A stretch of 64,000 nucleotides of DNA from Candidatus Blackburnbacteria bacterium (GTDB taxonomy: Bacteria; Patescibacteriota; Microgenomatia; UBA8517; UBA10165). Positions 1-10,782 of this stretch are shown here, one piece after another. Where the stretch lies: contig JACPEJ010000004.1 of assembly GCA_016183565.1 (NCBI GenBank), forward strand, positions 41,178 through 105,177, read 5' to 3'. Position 1 is the first letter of the stretch; each line of letters begins with the position of its first letter. Below the pieces are notes generated by a model. That model was not told where the DNA came from. It worked only from the letters and a program-made list of their open reading frames with translations, and made no database searches. The position numbers were made by a program, and so were the translations under genes.

Positions 1-157
1 TAGCAGGACATAAACGTTTATCAACAACTGAACGCTACTTGGAATTTATAGAAAGAAAATCAGCAGGCCGAAGTACCAGGCTTGCGGAGCTGTAAATCCC
101 CTTTTTGCCTTTCTGAGGCAAAAAGCCTACAATCCAAACCAATGGCAAGGTTTAAGC

Positions 158-1279
158 ATGACAGTTGAACAGCGAGGGAGTCTGTTTTACCTAGATACAA
201 AAGGTGGGTTAGCGCTTCTAGATGAAGATCCTGAACAATTAGACCTTGCACTTCCTAACCCCGATATACATCCAACTAATGGTGAAAAAAGGCCTTCCGA
301 TACCTTCAATCAATATCTCCGTGAGATAAGCAAAACCCCACTTTTGACTGCCCAAGAAGAGGTTAAACTTGCTCTTCAAATAGAAACTGCCAAAACATAT
401 TTGGTAAAAAACATGCCCTCACTTCCATCAGACATTCCTCTTGGTCAAGCTCTGCTTAGAAAGGTAGCAGAAGAAAAACCCTCTTTGCTACCCATAGTTC
501 AAGCTGGAGTAGAAGCAAGAGAGCACATGATTAAAGCAAATTTAAGACTAGTCGTTTCTATTGCCAAAAGAAAAGTGGGCAAGGGTCTTCCTCTTGTTGA
601 CCTTGTGCAAGAGGGAAATTTAGGTCTTTTTAAAGCGATAGAAAAGTTTGATCCAAGAATAGGTTACAAGTTTTCCACGTATGCCACATGGTGGATAAGA
701 CAAGCAATTACAAGAGCATTCAGTGACCAAAGTCGTAATATTCGCTTACCTGTCCATATTGGAGAAGAAAAAGGTCGCTTAGTTAATGCAACACTAGCCC
801 TTACTCAAGAATTAGGTGAAACACCAACACATGCGCAAATTGCTAACAGATTAAATAAGCATCTTCGCAAAGGCAAACGTCCCTATACTGCCGAAAGTGT
901 TTCCTTTTTGTTCCAAGCCCTTAAACTCGAACCTATTCCGATGTCGTGGGGAATTAAAGGTGATAAAAAGGAAGATGATATGGAACTGGGAGATGTGATC
1001 CCAGATGAACATGTTGATGTTGAAAAAGAAGCCTCTCACACCTTTCTTAGGGATGACCTTTTGAAACAATTAGCTCACCTTTCTCCAAGAGAGCAAACTA
1101 TAATGAAACTTCGTCATGGTTTGATGTGGGATGGAGAGATTCGACCTCCTCTTACTTTAGAAGAAATTGGGAAATTAATAGATTTAACGCGTGAGCGTGT
1201 GCGACAAATTGAAGACGAGGCGTTGACAAAATTGAGAAAACTACCTACGATTTGGCATCTGAGGGAATATCTGGAGTAA
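158..1279 (+). CDS. RpoD/SigA-like sigma70 factor (group 1/2-like, no region 1.1)
   Basis: Region 1.2 [16 protein letters not shown]; region 2 [10 protein letters not shown]...[10 protein letters not shown]...[14 protein letters not shown]; region 4.2 [16 protein letters not shown]. Confidence 0.9.
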   Translation: MTVEQRGSLFYLDTKGGLALLDEDPEQLDLALPNPDIHPTNGEKRPSDTFNQYLREISKTPLLTAQEEVKLALQIETAKTYLVKNMPSLPSDIPLGQALLRKVAEEKPSLLPIVQAGVEAREHMIKANLRLVVSIAKRKVGKGLPLVDLVQEGNLGLFKAIEKFDPRIGYKFSTYATWWIRQAITRAFSDQSRNIRLPVHIGEEKGRLVNATLALTQELGETPTHAQIANRLNKHLRKGKRPYTAESVSFLFQALKLEPIPMSWGIKGDKKEDDMELGDVIPDEHVDVEKEASHTFLRDDLLKQLAHLSPREQTIMKLRHGLMWDGEIRPPLTLEEIGKLIDLTRERVRQIEDEALTKLRKLPTIWHLREYLE

Positions 1280-1399
1280 GATTAGTGAAGTTTTCTTTTG
1301 GTTCGCCGTTTGATACTGCACCTGGAATTTTATCCCAATCTCTAACTTTTCTTATCTTCAAGTTCTTTGCTGCATTTGCGTCCGTCAAAAATTTGGGGT

Positions 1400-2050
1400 T
1401 CATGGCAAAGTGGATACCTTCCTGAATTTTTTTAAAAGTTCCACTACTTTCTTGTCTGTCACTTGTTGGAAATCTTCGTACCAGCTACCAACAGAGGTAA
1501 ATTCAACAGAAGTTAGAAGAGAAACCAGATTGTTAACCTGCTGTTTTAAGTTGCCAGCAGTGTCTGCAGCACAAACCGGAAATGCAGCTACGATGCAACG
1601 AGGGTTCATCTTTCGAATTGCTTTTATTGCAGCTCTTGCTGTAACTCCGGTTGCCAATCCGTCGTCAACAAGAATAGCTGTATGGCCGGATAGTTTGGGT
1701 AATGGTTTGCCTTTTCGGTATAGCTGGACACGTCTTGCAAGCTCTTTCCTTTCTTTCTCTATTGCCTTTTCTATAGCTTCTTTTGAAACGTCAAGCTGTT
1801 TGATAGTGTGTATATCTAAAACAACTACGTCACCTTCGCTTATTGCGCCTATGCCAAATTCAGGATTGCCAGGCATGCCTATTTTCCGCGCAACAATCAC
1901 TGAAAAGGGAACGTGCAAAACTTTTGCAATCTCAAATCCTACTGGAACTCCACCTCTTGGTAACGCGAGAACAATTGTATTTTTGTTTTTGTACTTTCCA
2001 AGTTTTCGCGCAAGAAGTCGGCCAGCCGTACTTCTATTCTTAAACCTCAT
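1400..2050 (-). CDS. Type I phosphoribosyltransferase family protein
   Basis: LALPRGGVPV, RKIG.P.NPEFGIGAI and PRPP-binding ILVDDGLATG; start moved to MRFKNR. Confidence 0.85.
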   Translation of the reverse strand: MRFKNRSTAGRLLARKLGKYKNKNTIVLALPRGGVPVGFEIAKVLHVPFSVIVARKIGMPGNPEFGIGAISEGDVVVLDIHTIKQLDVSKEAIEKAIEKERKELARRVQLYRKGKPLPKLSGHTAILVDDGLATGVTARAAIKAIRKMNPRCIVAAFPVCAADTAGNLKQQVNNLVSLLTSVEFTSVGSWYEDFQQVTDKKVVELLKKFRKVSTLP

Positions 2051-2954
2051 GCTCCAAATTGTACAACTCATTGTTAAGCCTGATACCAAAAAGCTTTTTT
2101 AAAATCCCAAAGCTAAGACTGGTGAAGCTATAAACTTCTAACCCGAAAGTGAGGTATCCTATATATCCTAGGATGGGCATTTCGAAAATTTTAAAAAATC
2201 CAAGGTAAGGAACCGAGTAAGTCCACTTTGGTAGGGAGTAAAAGTTCCAAAGTTCCCACCAGAATCCTGTAAACAAAGAGGCTGCTGCAACGGAAATGGG
2301 TATGGTCCATTTACCTTGTCGGATTAAGTTTAAAAATGAAGGTAGACCCAAACTGTAATTTAAGGGATCAACTAGAAGAAAAAGTGTTACCCAAACAAGG
2401 GGATAGCTTAAATTCGGCACAAAGAAAATTAGTAACAATGCTATGATTCCTAGTGTAAAAAGGAAAAATGGATTAATTTTTATCTTTTTACCTGTAATGG
2501 GTCTGATCCTTCTCAAAATTCCGTAGACCAAAAAAGAAACTGAGAGTATTGCTGGAACTACTGTTGAAAAACTTATTGAGGCCCGTAAAAAATATTCCGT
2601 AGGCTTAAAAAGTTCGGGGCCTATATATCTCCAATTCTGAGTATGTAAGTTTAGTAGCTCGAAAAACCACCAAAAAGGTATGGAGACTAAAAATAGAAAT
2701 AGAAAATTTGAATTCATTCTGGAGAGAAGCGAGTCGTGGAGCAATAACCCGGAAAAACCGTTTATGGTTATGATAAGTCCTAACCAAAGAGGGAAGAATG
2801 TGTATTCATAGAGACTAGCAAACCTTCCCCATGCAAAGATCCAAGAGAGAATAGTTAGTACTACACCAGAGATAAATAACTTAAAGTACAAGTCGTCGTT
2901 GCTTTTTCTAACGTCATCTTTCACTTTCTGCTTTTGTATATTATAGATAAGCAT
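2040..2954 (-). CDS. Multi-pass membrane protein of unknown function
   Basis: Many hydrophobic segments; WELWNFYS.PKW.Y and FEMP.LGY.GY motifs. Confidence 0.7.
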   Translation of the reverse strand: MLIYNIQKQKVKDDVRKSNDDLYFKLFISGVVLTILSWIFAWGRFASLYEYTFFPLWLGLIITINGFSGLLLHDSLLSRMNSNFLFLFLVSIPFWWFFELLNLHTQNWRYIGPELFKPTEYFLRASISFSTVVPAILSVSFLVYGILRRIRPITGKKIKINPFFLFTLGIIALLLIFFVPNLSYPLVWVTLFLLVDPLNYSLGLPSFLNLIRQGKWTIPISVAAASLFTGFWWELWNFYSLPKWTYSVPYLGFFKIFEMPILGYIGYLTFGLEVYSFTSLSFGILKKLFGIRLNNELYNLEHEV

Positions 2955-3089
2955 GATGTAGCAATTGCAATGATTATTTAGAATGGTGTAAGAACCTTGT
3001 AATAATTTATCAGAACCTTACAGACAATTCACACTACTTTTTTAAATTTACCAATATGGCAAAAATCGCAACAGGATTGATGGGTTTAA

Positions 3090-3420
3090 GGAGAACAGGC
3101 TTCACCAGCTTTAGATATTCCTGGGGTTTCTGTTGTGGCACAAAACCTTGAGGTTCCGTGGGCGATTGCGTTTCTTCCTGATAGAAGTATACTGGTCACA
3201 GAACGTCCGGGTCGGGTAAGGATAATTGATAAAGATGGCAATCTTATATTTTCGTTTTGATTCGGATTTAGCAAAGGTAGAGAGAATTAACGAGCATTTT
3301 AAAAAAGAATTCGGTAGGATAAGAGATGTTGTGGTTGGTCCAGACAATATGCTTTATATGACGACAAGCAATAGAGATGGTAGAGGAAATCGTCTCGCGA
3401 ATGATGATACAATAATCTGT
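3090..3420 (+). pseudogene. Relic of a PQQ-dependent sugar (glucose/sorbosone) dehydrogenase with a large internal deletion
   Basis: N-terminal VVAQNLEVPWAIAFLPDRSILVTERPGRVRII and C-terminal FGRIRDVVVGPDNMLYMTTSNRDGRG are adjacent in different frames; the middle is absent. Confidence 0.75.
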
Positions 3421-3754
3421 GATGATCAAATACAGGTTCTATTTCAAAGAGATGATGGAGCAAAACAAAGAGCTTTTTTCCGCGTTTCAAGAGATTCATG
3501 ACAAATATGTAAAAGATCCTAAAAAATGGCAGGATGAGTTTAACAAGCAAGGAAGAAAGGTTTTAGAGATTATTCGCAAGTTTGAGAACAGACTTTGCTC
3601 GCGCACAGAAAGTGGTATGTATGGCAAATACTCGGCAAGTCTCTCGGAAAAGTTCCGAGCTGAGGTAAGAAGGCGGTTTCCTAAAATTGATTTTGTGGGA
3701 GTTAAAATCTCTGATCCTTTTGCGGAAAAACTGAAGCAGATACAACTTGATTAA
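3419..3754 (+). CDS. Small helical hypothetical protein
   Basis: 111-aa ORF with protein-like composition; start uncertain. Confidence 0.6.
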   Translation: MMIKYRFYFKEMMEQNKELFSAFQEIHDKYVKDPKKWQDEFNKQGRKVLEIIRKFENRLCSRTESGMYGKYSASLSEKFRAEVRRRFPKIDFVGVKISDPFAEKLKQIQLD

Positions 3755-3857
3755 GTATAAGCCTGATAAATTTACACTGTATGATGTTGTGGTTATCTAA
3801 TATCATGATTCGAATCATGATATCAAGAGAACAGCGCTTGGCCATAGTACTCATATA

Positions 3858-4088
3858 TTATCTATTATCGTCCAGATTCACGGTGTATCCAAGTGACTCT
3901 ATAATTTTTTTTATATCTTTTTCTTCTACCTTGGTTTCGTCGAACTCTACCTCACATTCTGCTTTTGCATAATTTGTAGAGGCGCATTTAACTCCTTCCG
4001 TGTTCTCCAATTCACCATCAATTAGTATTGCACATGCAGTGCAGTTTAACCCATCAACTTTGAATCTTTTCTTAACAATAGTTGTCAT
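3858..4088 (-). CDS. Heavy-metal-associated (CopZ-like) chaperone
   Basis: GLNCTAC metal-binding motif; last gene of the copper operon. Confidence 0.85.
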   Translation of the reverse strand: MTTIVKKRFKVDGLNCTACAILIDGELENTEGVKCASTNYAKAECEVEFDETKVEEKDIKKIIESLGYTVNLDDNR

Positions 4089-5125
4089 ATGACCTCTATT
4101 ATCCCACCATACATTCCCATAGAACAAGTGAAGGAATACTTCCCTCGTTTTTCAGGGAGGAATTCTACAGAATCAGTGCTGTTATTATTTAAAAGTTTTG
4201 TAATGCCAAACTGGGGTATTGTAAATGCCCTGGTACAACCAAGTTTGCTGTTTGTTTTCAAATTTAGTTTTACTGGTACTCCAGCTTTTACCCGAATATA
4301 CTCAGGGTCGTAGCTTGTGGGGTTAACTGAAATATCAACCACCTGAACACCATTGATCAGCTGTACATTAGAATTTGCAGCCAATACACTGCCACCTGCC
4401 GGATTTATAGCAGTTGCCAGAATATCCTTGGCACTTGATGTTAGCATTTGAGCTGTAAATGGTAAGCCAGCAATATTTAAGGCACCGTTTATGCTAGTTA
4501 GACCCATATATAAAACTCCAAAAGCTGCTATTTTCAAAAAGTTTTTTTTGAACAACCCATTTAAGGAGGATGTGATAAATCCAAATCCTGTAAAAAGTGG
4601 CATTGTGCCCAGGATAAACACACTCATTACAAGAGCACCTTTTACTGCGCTGCCTGTTGAGATTGCCAAAGCTTCCATGGCAAGAGTTGTTCCACAAGGA
4701 ATAAATAGAGTCATTGCTCCTAATAAGGCTGGAGCAAAGAGTTTTTCGCTTTTTGATTGGTTCCGAACAAGTTTGCCCAAAAACTTTGGTGGCTGGATCA
4801 CGGTATATCTAAAAATGGGGTGTACATTAAGAAGATTAAGTGCTACGGCAATCATGTACAAACCAGCAAGTGCCTGCATTATGATTCTTGTGCTTTGTGA
4901 TAAAGATAGTTTTTCGCCAAAAAGTCCGAGAATAAATCCAAGTATTGTATAAACGACTAGTTTAGATAGCAGGAAACTTAAGGTAGGCCAAATGGTGGTT
5001 CCCAATCGCGAAACTTTGTCGGATTTTCCGGTAGCTATAACGGATGCAAGGAGTCCTCCTTGCACAGCCATACAAGATAGACTTCCGACTGTTAAACCGG
5101 TTAGGAAAACTACAAATAAACTCAC
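4085..5125 (-). CDS. DsbD_2/TauE-like membrane protein with C-terminal cupredoxin-like domain
   Basis: SCMAVQGG and FIPCG motifs in TM region; C-terminal GC...FTCSMGMY. Confidence 0.75.
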   Translation of the reverse strand: MSLFVVFLTGLTVGSLSCMAVQGGLLASVIATGKSDKVSRLGTTIWPTLSFLLSKLVVYTILGFILGLFGEKLSLSQSTRIIMQALAGLYMIAVALNLLNVHPIFRYTVIQPPKFLGKLVRNQSKSEKLFAPALLGAMTLFIPCGTTLAMEALAISTGSAVKGALVMSVFILGTMPLFTGFGFITSSLNGLFKKNFLKIAAFGVLYMGLTSINGALNIAGLPFTAQMLTSSAKDILATAINPAGGSVLAANSNVQLINGVQVVDISVNPTSYDPEYIRVKAGVPVKLNLKTNSKLGCTRAFTIPQFGITKLLNNNSTDSVEFLPEKRGKYSFTCSMGMYGGIIEVI

Positions 5126-7386
5126 GAGATTTTAGCTTTTTTCAGAAGCAAAGAATTCGCCACCACAGATGTTGACGAAAAGGCCATTGCTACTGAGGCA
5201 AGAATTGGGCTTAATAAAATTCTAAAAATTGGGTAAAGAGCCCCCATGGCAACAGGTATGAGTATAACATTATACCCGAAAGCCCAAAAAAGATTAGATT
5301 TAATTGTTTTCATTGTTTTTTTAGAAAGCTTTATTGCTCCTACTACTGATCTTAAATCTTTATTAATAAGTGTAATATCTGCAGCCTCTATGGCAACATC
5401 TGTGCCAGTTCCCATTGCGATGCCAACATCAGCAGCAGCTAATGCTGGTGCATCGTTAATACCATCCCCTACCATCGCAACAACCTTTCCTTCAGATTGT
5501 ATCTTTCTTACTTCAGCTTCTTTTTGATCCGGTAATACTTCCGCTAGGACTCTTTTTATTCCAACTTCTTTTGCAATAGCCGTGGCAGTTCTTTTATTAT
5601 CTCCCGTAATCATAGCAACCTCGATATCTAATTTTTCAAGGGCTTTAACTCCTTCTTTTGCAGAATCTTTCAGTGTGTCAGCAACTGCTATCAATCCTAC
5701 AACTTTTCCTTTAAGTGCTAGGATCATAACAGTCTTTCCTTCACTTTCCAGCCTTGCAAGGGGACGCCTTGCAGGGCTAGTGTCGACTTTTTCTTTCTCC
5801 ATTAACCGGGTGTTCCCCAGTAGCACGCAATCCCCATGTACTTTGCCTTCTACGCCGTGCCCAGGTATGGCCCTAAACCCTTCGACTTTACTCAGAACAA
5901 GATTCTCTTCCTCAGCTTTAGTAACAATTGCTTCGGCAAGGGAATGTTCGGAGCCTTTTTCGATAGATGCTGCTAACTGTAGGATAGTTTGTAGGTTGTA
6001 GGTTGTAGGTTGTAGGGGCATTACATCTGTCACCTTCGGCTTTCCTTGTGTCAAAGTTCCGGTTTTGTCAAAAATAATTGTCTTAACTTTATGGGCTGTT
6101 TCTAAACTTTCCGCGTCTTTTATTAAAATTCCCTGTTCAGCACCTTTTCCAGTGCCAACCATAATAGCAGTAGGAGTCGCAAGACCCATTGCACAAGGAC
6201 AGGCGATAATAAGAACCGCAACTGTGTTCAGAAGTGCAAATAAAAGTGCAGGTTGAGGGCCAAAGTCATACCAAAGCACAAACGTGGTAGTTGCGAGTAT
6301 TATCACTACTGGTACAAAGTAGGAAGAAATAAGGTCAACTAGTTTTTGAATAGGAGCTTTGCTTGCTTGAGCTTCTTCAACAAGTCTTATGATTTGCGAA
6401 AGCATGGTTTCCATCCCCACTTTAGTGGCTTTATATGTAAATGTTCCGGTTTTATTTATAGTTCCTCCGATAACTGTATCCCCTTTTAACTTGTCGACAG
6501 GAATACTTTCCCCTGTAACCATTGATTCATCAATTGAGGACTCGCCATCTAAGATTGTTCCATCAACTGGTATTTTTTCGCCCGGTCTTACCCGAATAAT
6601 ATCACCAAGCTCAACTTCTCCTATTGGTACATCGACCTCAACTTTTCCCCTAAGAACTTTTGCTGTTTTGGCTTGGAGACCAATGAGTTTTCTTATTGCC
6701 TCTGAAGTGCCAGCGCGGGCTTTTGCTTCAAAATATCTACCTAAAAGAATTAGGGCGATAATTATGACCGGAACATCAAAATATGGCATAGGCTTAATTC
6801 CCAGTGCTTCGACTGTTTCGGGGAAAATAGTCACGAATACTGAGTAGCTGTAGGCCATTGTAGTACCAAGGCTCACTAGGGTGTCCATGTTTGCTGTGCG
6901 ATGTTTAAGAGCGGGGATTGCGGCTTTATAAAATTCCAGTCCAACCCAAAATTGGACTATTGAGGCAAGAACTAGTTGCACTAAAAAGTTTTTTAACACA
7001 GAGGGTGCAAAATCCATCAAAAATGGGAAGCTACCCCATAGAATCAAAACACCAGTAGCCAAAGCGAAAGCAACTTTTTTTCTAAGATTATCAAGCTCTT
7101 TCTTTTTTTGTTCTTTTTCTATTTCTGTGTCTTTTGCTGTTTTTTCCAAGAGCGCTTTGTACCCAACTTGAGAAACAGTAGTAATTATTTGCTCATCCGT
7201 GACTTTTTTGGGATCATAAGAAATATTCGCTTTTTCTGTTGCAAAATTTACCTGTGCTTCCCTCACCCCTTCTACTTTTTCCAAAGCACGTTCAATAACT
7301 CTTACGCAAGAAGCACAGTGCATACCTTTAATGAGAAAGGTTGTAGTGAGTAGGTTGTAGTTTTTAGGTTGTAGGTTGTAGGTCAT
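5122..7386 (-). CDS. copA: Copper-translocating P1B-type ATPase
   Basis: [27 protein letters not shown]; carries repeat-derived inserts. Confidence 0.93.
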   Translation of the reverse strand: MTYNLQPKNYNLLTTTFLIKGMHCASCVRVIERALEKVEGVREAQVNFATEKANISYDPKKVTDEQIITTVSQVGYKALLEKTAKDTEIEKEQKKKELDNLRKKVAFALATGVLILWGSFPFLMDFAPSVLKNFLVQLVLASIVQFWVGLEFYKAAIPALKHRTANMDTLVSLGTTMAYSYSVFVTIFPETVEALGIKPMPYFDVPVIIIALILLGRYFEAKARAGTSEAIRKLIGLQAKTAKVLRGKVEVDVPIGEVELGDIIRVRPGEKIPVDGTILDGESSIDESMVTGESIPVDKLKGDTVIGGTINKTGTFTYKATKVGMETMLSQIIRLVEEAQASKAPIQKLVDLISSYFVPVVIILATTTFVLWYDFGPQPALLFALLNTVAVLIIACPCAMGLATPTAIMVGTGKGAEQGILIKDAESLETAHKVKTIIFDKTGTLTQGKPKVTDVMPLQPTTYNLQTILQLAASIEKGSEHSLAEAIVTKAEEENLVLSKVEGFRAIPGHGVEGKVHGDCVLLGNTRLMEKEKVDTSPARRPLARLESEGKTVMILALKGKVVGLIAVADTLKDSAKEGVKALEKLDIEVAMITGDNKRTATAIAKEVGIKRVLAEVLPDQKEAEVRKIQSEGKVVAMVGDGINDAPALAAADVGIAMGTGTDVAIEAADITLINKDLRSVVGAIKLSKKTMKTIKSNLFWAFGYNVILIPVAMGALYPIFRILLSPILASVAMAFSSTSVVANSLLLKKAKIS

Positions 7387-7774
7387 TTCTGTAACACATT
7401 GATTAATTTATTAAGCATCTTCATTATTTCTTGAAGTAAATTATTTACACTATCGAATTCTACCTGACTGATGTAACCAATTTTCAATGCTATGAATAAC
7501 TGTGTTTCTAGCTCAGCACCAGAGCCAAACGATATCCTAAGAAATTGGATGTACTCTGCTTTATGTCCCCGTCTCTGACCCTCCGCAATATTCGAAGGAA
7601 TAGCAACAGTGCATCTTCTTATTTGAGAAATTAATCCATACAACTCATTCTTAGGAAAACTCTCTGTAATTCTATATGCAATAATGCATAGATCAATCGA
7701 TTTTTGCCATACTGTTAAATCTTTATAAGAATTCATCCTCTCGCTCTTAAGCTACAACCTACTCACTACAACCT
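7338..7774. mobile_element. Candidate element: four-helix-bundle gene between perfect 23-bp inverted repeats
   Basis: AGGTTGTAGTGAGTAGGTTGTAG at 7338-7360 and its exact reverse complement at 7752-7774; mobility is inferred. Confidence 0.5.
7383..7736 (-). CDS. Four-helix-bundle protein (23S rRNA IVS protein/Avd-like family)
   Basis: [41 protein letters not shown]. Confidence 0.9.
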   Translation of the reverse strand: MNSYKDLTVWQKSIDLCIIAYRITESFPKNELYGLISQIRRCTVAIPSNIAEGQRRGHKAEYIQFLRISFGSGAELETQLFIALKIGYISQVEFDSVNNLLQEIMKMLNKLINVLQK

Positions 7775-7775
7775 A

Positions 7776-8138
7776 CTACCTAACAACTATCTTCCCATGA
7801 TACATGTTCATCCCACAAGAATAGCCGAAAGTCCCGGGGTTTTGGGGAGTAATTTCAACTGTCACTGGTGTGTTTAGCGGCAGCTCTTTTCTGATTTTAA
7901 AATCCCCAAGAACAACTTCTGACAAACAACTACTCGGGTCTTTTCGGATAAAAGTTATTTTGGTTGTTTTGCCTTTGGGTATAACAACTGCTTCCGGCGA
8001 GTAACCTCCTTCAACAGTGATTTCAACGTTATCACTTGAAGCCACAACTTCTCTTTCTTTTTTACCCAAGAAAAACCAGTAGGTAAATGCAATTCCTAAT
8101 ATACCGAGGATGGTTACTATTACTTTGTCTGTTTCCAT
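7776..8138 (-). CDS. Membrane-anchored cupredoxin-domain protein (CupA-like)
   Basis: N-terminal TM, VEGGYSP, SSC, YSCGMNMYHG. Confidence 0.85.
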   Translation of the reverse strand: METDKVIVTILGILGIAFTYWFFLGKKEREVVASSDNVEITVEGGYSPEAVVIPKGKTTKITFIRKDPSSCLSEVVLGDFKIRKELPLNTPVTVEITPQNPGTFGYSCGMNMYHGKIVVR

Positions 8139-8139
8139 A

Positions 8140-8976
8140 CTAGATTCTTCGAAAAATCTTGTAGAGCAAAAAGCCAATGGCTCCTATAAAAAGTATATCA
8201 AAAATAACGTTACCTCCAACGACAGAGTTTACAAGCTCGCCTGCTTTTTGGATATTTTTTGTAACTATGTCTGATTTGCCCATAGAAAGTCGTCCTGTAA
8301 TAACTAAAAACAAAGTTAATATTCCTGTTGCAAAGAAGATTCCAGATGCTATTAAGTTCCCTAACATTAAAGGGTATTCCTTACCAGAAATTTTAAGTGT
8401 CCTCAGGGGTTTTCTAAAAAGAGAGAGGCCGGGCATTTTATAGGAAAGAAAAAGAGAGATAAACAAAAGGGGGGAAACCATTCCTAAGACATATACAGCA
8501 CCCACTGCAATTGCCCACCAGAAGTTAGGCGAAAGAACAGTGAACGCCAAAACTCCGATTAAAACAGGTGCGCAACAAGCGCTTGTTATTCCTGAAAAAA
8601 TCCCAAGAGTAAAAACAGACAAAATATCTGTTTTCCCTTCTACTTTATTGCTCAAGTGCGGCATCGGTAATTTCAAGCCAAAAAAGGAAATAATTGCAAC
8701 GGCAAGCATTATTACTCCACCTAATATGTATATAAATTCATGGTAAGCAAAAAGAACTTTTGAGATAAAAGCAATGCCCAAGACCGCCGGGAGAAGGACG
8801 ATAAAGATACCCAACCCGAAAACGAGAGTCATTAAAAGAACTTTCTCTCGCTGCCTAAAAACACTTCCTAAGTAAGCTGGTAGAAGAAAAGTAATACAAC
8901 AGGGAGCAAAAAGGGCAACAAGCCCTGCGACAAATGCGGCAACTAAAGATGTCTGGAAAAGGAGGCTTTCTGTCAT
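8140..8976 (-). CDS. CcdA/DsbD-type transmembrane thiol-redox protein
   Basis: FAPCC..LLPAY and SACCAPVL motifs in multi-TM protein. Confidence 0.75.
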   Translation of the reverse strand: MTESLLFQTSLVAAFVAGLVALFAPCCITFLLPAYLGSVFRQREKVLLMTLVFGLGIFIVLLPAVLGIAFISKVLFAYHEFIYILGGVIMLAVAIISFFGLKLPMPHLSNKVEGKTDILSVFTLGIFSGITSACCAPVLIGVLAFTVLSPNFWWAIAVGAVYVLGMVSPLLFISLFLSYKMPGLSLFRKPLRTLKISGKEYPLMLGNLIASGIFFATGILTLFLVITGRLSMGKSDIVTKNIQKAGELVNSVVGGNVIFDILFIGAIGFLLYKIFRRI

Positions 8977-9926
8977 GCTCCGCACCCACCACCTGACTGC
9001 TTAAGTAGTGGCCATTCTATGGTGCCAACTTGATTTTTTATTGCGCTGTAACCCATTGCGGAAGAAAAAGTCTTGGAAAGGATTTCTTGGGCAGATACTT
9101 TTGTGTAATCCTTTCCATTTTTAGCAAAGTGATAAGAAATATCAAGGTAGGTTTTCGGGAACCAGTAAGCATTAAAGGCTAGGATTGTTTTATAGATATC
9201 TTCTTTGGAAAATCCTTGCGAGACCATGAGTTCTACTAAGCCTAAGGCTGCCATACCATGGTTACAGTCGGGAAATGCCGTGGAGTTTCCACAACAAGGA
9301 CGATAAATATTTCCTGCGATTTCTTGTACAATGCTTTCTTGTTCTGGGGTTAGGTTTGTATAAGAGAACTTGCTATAAACTTGCATGGGTTGTTTGCGGC
9401 CGAGTGTCCACCCGCCAGTTGAGGCAAAATTAGCAGCTTTTCCTCCTTCTACCATTGGTCCTTTGTCCAAAATCACACTTTTGTTTGCAAGTCCTAAACC
9501 CCATAAAACATCTACCCAAAAGTGGGCATTAGCTTGGGTAAGTTCTATTTGTTGCGGGTCAGAACTGTCGAAATATTTTTTAAACTCCGGGGGGAGTTGG
9601 TCTTGTCCCGAGACTGCTTGAGCAAGTTTTTTCTCGTCAATAACTCCGTCTTGAATCATACGTTGGCCCAAGTCTCCCCATTTAATCTTGAAAGTATAAC
9701 CTGAGGCAGATAAGACTTTTTCCTGGAGTTTGGTCAGATCGATGTCACTTTTGGGAGAGTTTGCGACAGTTGTTCCTCTTTTACCAACAACTTTTTGGTC
9801 TACAAAAACACCAGCCACAAAAGAAGCCATGGCAATATTAAAACAGAGAAGGATCAAGAAGCCGTGCTTTTTAACAAACTTTAATACCTTCTTAGTCTTA
9901 GACTTAGACTTGGACTGATATTTCAT
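8973..9926 (-). CDS. Membrane-anchored Cys/His-motif protein of unknown function in copper operon
   Basis: Single TM; RPCCGNSTAFPDCNHGMA; C-terminal GGCG. Confidence 0.7.
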   Translation of the reverse strand: MKYQSKSKSKTKKVLKFVKKHGFLILLCFNIAMASFVAGVFVDQKVVGKRGTTVANSPKSDIDLTKLQEKVLSASGYTFKIKWGDLGQRMIQDGVIDEKKLAQAVSGQDQLPPEFKKYFDSSDPQQIELTQANAHFWVDVLWGLGLANKSVILDKGPMVEGGKAANFASTGGWTLGRKQPMQVYSKFSYTNLTPEQESIVQEIAGNIYRPCCGNSTAFPDCNHGMAALGLVELMVSQGFSKEDIYKTILAFNAYWFPKTYLDISYHFAKNGKDYTKVSAQEILSKTFSSAMGYSAIKNQVGTIEWPLLKQSGGGCGA

Positions 9927-10426
9927 TTTACAACTGTTCCATCAAAAGCAAATTCAACATATGGTTGGTTCGGATCGCTAGTTTCGAAACTGACAACTCT
10001 TGAGATCGGGCCAACTCCTTGCGGACCGTGTGCTGTTGGGTCGAAAATTACTACTACTTCTCCACTTTCGCCGGGGGTTAAAGATCCTTTCCAAGATGAG
10101 GGTTGGGACATTCCCTTCATTCCGAATTCAGGGCTTTTGCCTCCTGTGCCCTGAAACAGTACTTTTGTACACATACAAGAAGTTGAGAAATTTGCAAGTG
10201 TTAAAGGACCATAACCAGTATTTTTGACTTTAAACACATGTTGAGCATTCCCGCCGGAGTAAGGTATGTCGCCAAATGAGAATTTTGTTTCGGTAAACTC
10301 AATCTTGGCATCAGAATTTTTGGCCATCCGGGCCCGAGAGGGTAAAAATTTAAATAAAGCTACTGCCAAGATGAATATAAGAACTGTAAAAATTCCTATT
10401 CCTATAAAAAGTTTTTTGTCTTCCAT
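9923..10426 (-). CDS. DUF1573-like Ig-fold protein
   Basis: TM anchor; FKVKNTG, TSCMCT, FDPTAHGP. Confidence 0.7.
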   Translation of the reverse strand: MEDKKLFIGIGIFTVLIFILAVALFKFLPSRARMAKNSDAKIEFTETKFSFGDIPYSGGNAQHVFKVKNTGYGPLTLANFSTSCMCTKVLFQGTGGKSPEFGMKGMSQPSSWKGSLTPGESGEVVVIFDPTAHGPQGVGPISRVVSFETSDPNQPYVEFAFDGTVVK

Positions 10427-10430
10427 GTTG

Positions 10431-10700
10431 TTAGCGACTAAGTTTAAAAATATTGACAATTTCTTCTATTGCTTTTTTGTCTTCGCCGCTTTTTATATTA
10501 TCAACAGTACAGCTTTTAAGATGATTTTCTAAAAGCAAATTGTCAACTTCTTTAAGTGCTTTTTGTATTGCTTGGGATTGGTGGATGATGTCAACACAGT
10601 ACTTGTCTTCTTGTACCATTTGTACAACTTTTTTTAGATGGCCCATGGAAATTTTTAGTCTGTGCACTATTCGCTCTTGTGTGTCTTTTGGTCTGTACAT
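10431..10700 (-). CDS. csoR: CsoR/RcnR-family metal-sensing repressor
   Basis: HRLKI..GHL, YCVDIIHQ, ENHLKSC (C-H-C ligand pattern). Confidence 0.88.
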   Translation of the reverse strand: MYRPKDTQERIVHRLKISMGHLKKVVQMVQEDKYCVDIIHQSQAIQKALKEVDNLLLENHLKSCTVDNIKSGEDKKAIEEIVNIFKLSR

Positions 10701-10701
10701 G

Positions 10702-10725
10702 GATATCCCCCCTACAGGGATATAT
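10702..10725. promoter_or_regulatory. CsoR-type operator adjacent to csoR start codon
   Basis: ATATCCCCCCTACAGGGATATAT pseudo-palindrome with C/G tracts like known CsoR boxes. Confidence 0.7.
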
Positions 10726-10782
10726 TCTACGGAAAATAGGTGGGTCTTGTCAATACAAACAAATTTGTATAATATATGGGGC

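Noticed and set aside
7383-7736. Four-helix-bundle gene as the avd of a complete DGR or as an rRNA intervening sequence
   Set aside because: No reverse transcriptase, template repeat or rRNA gene is adjacent or visible in the window.
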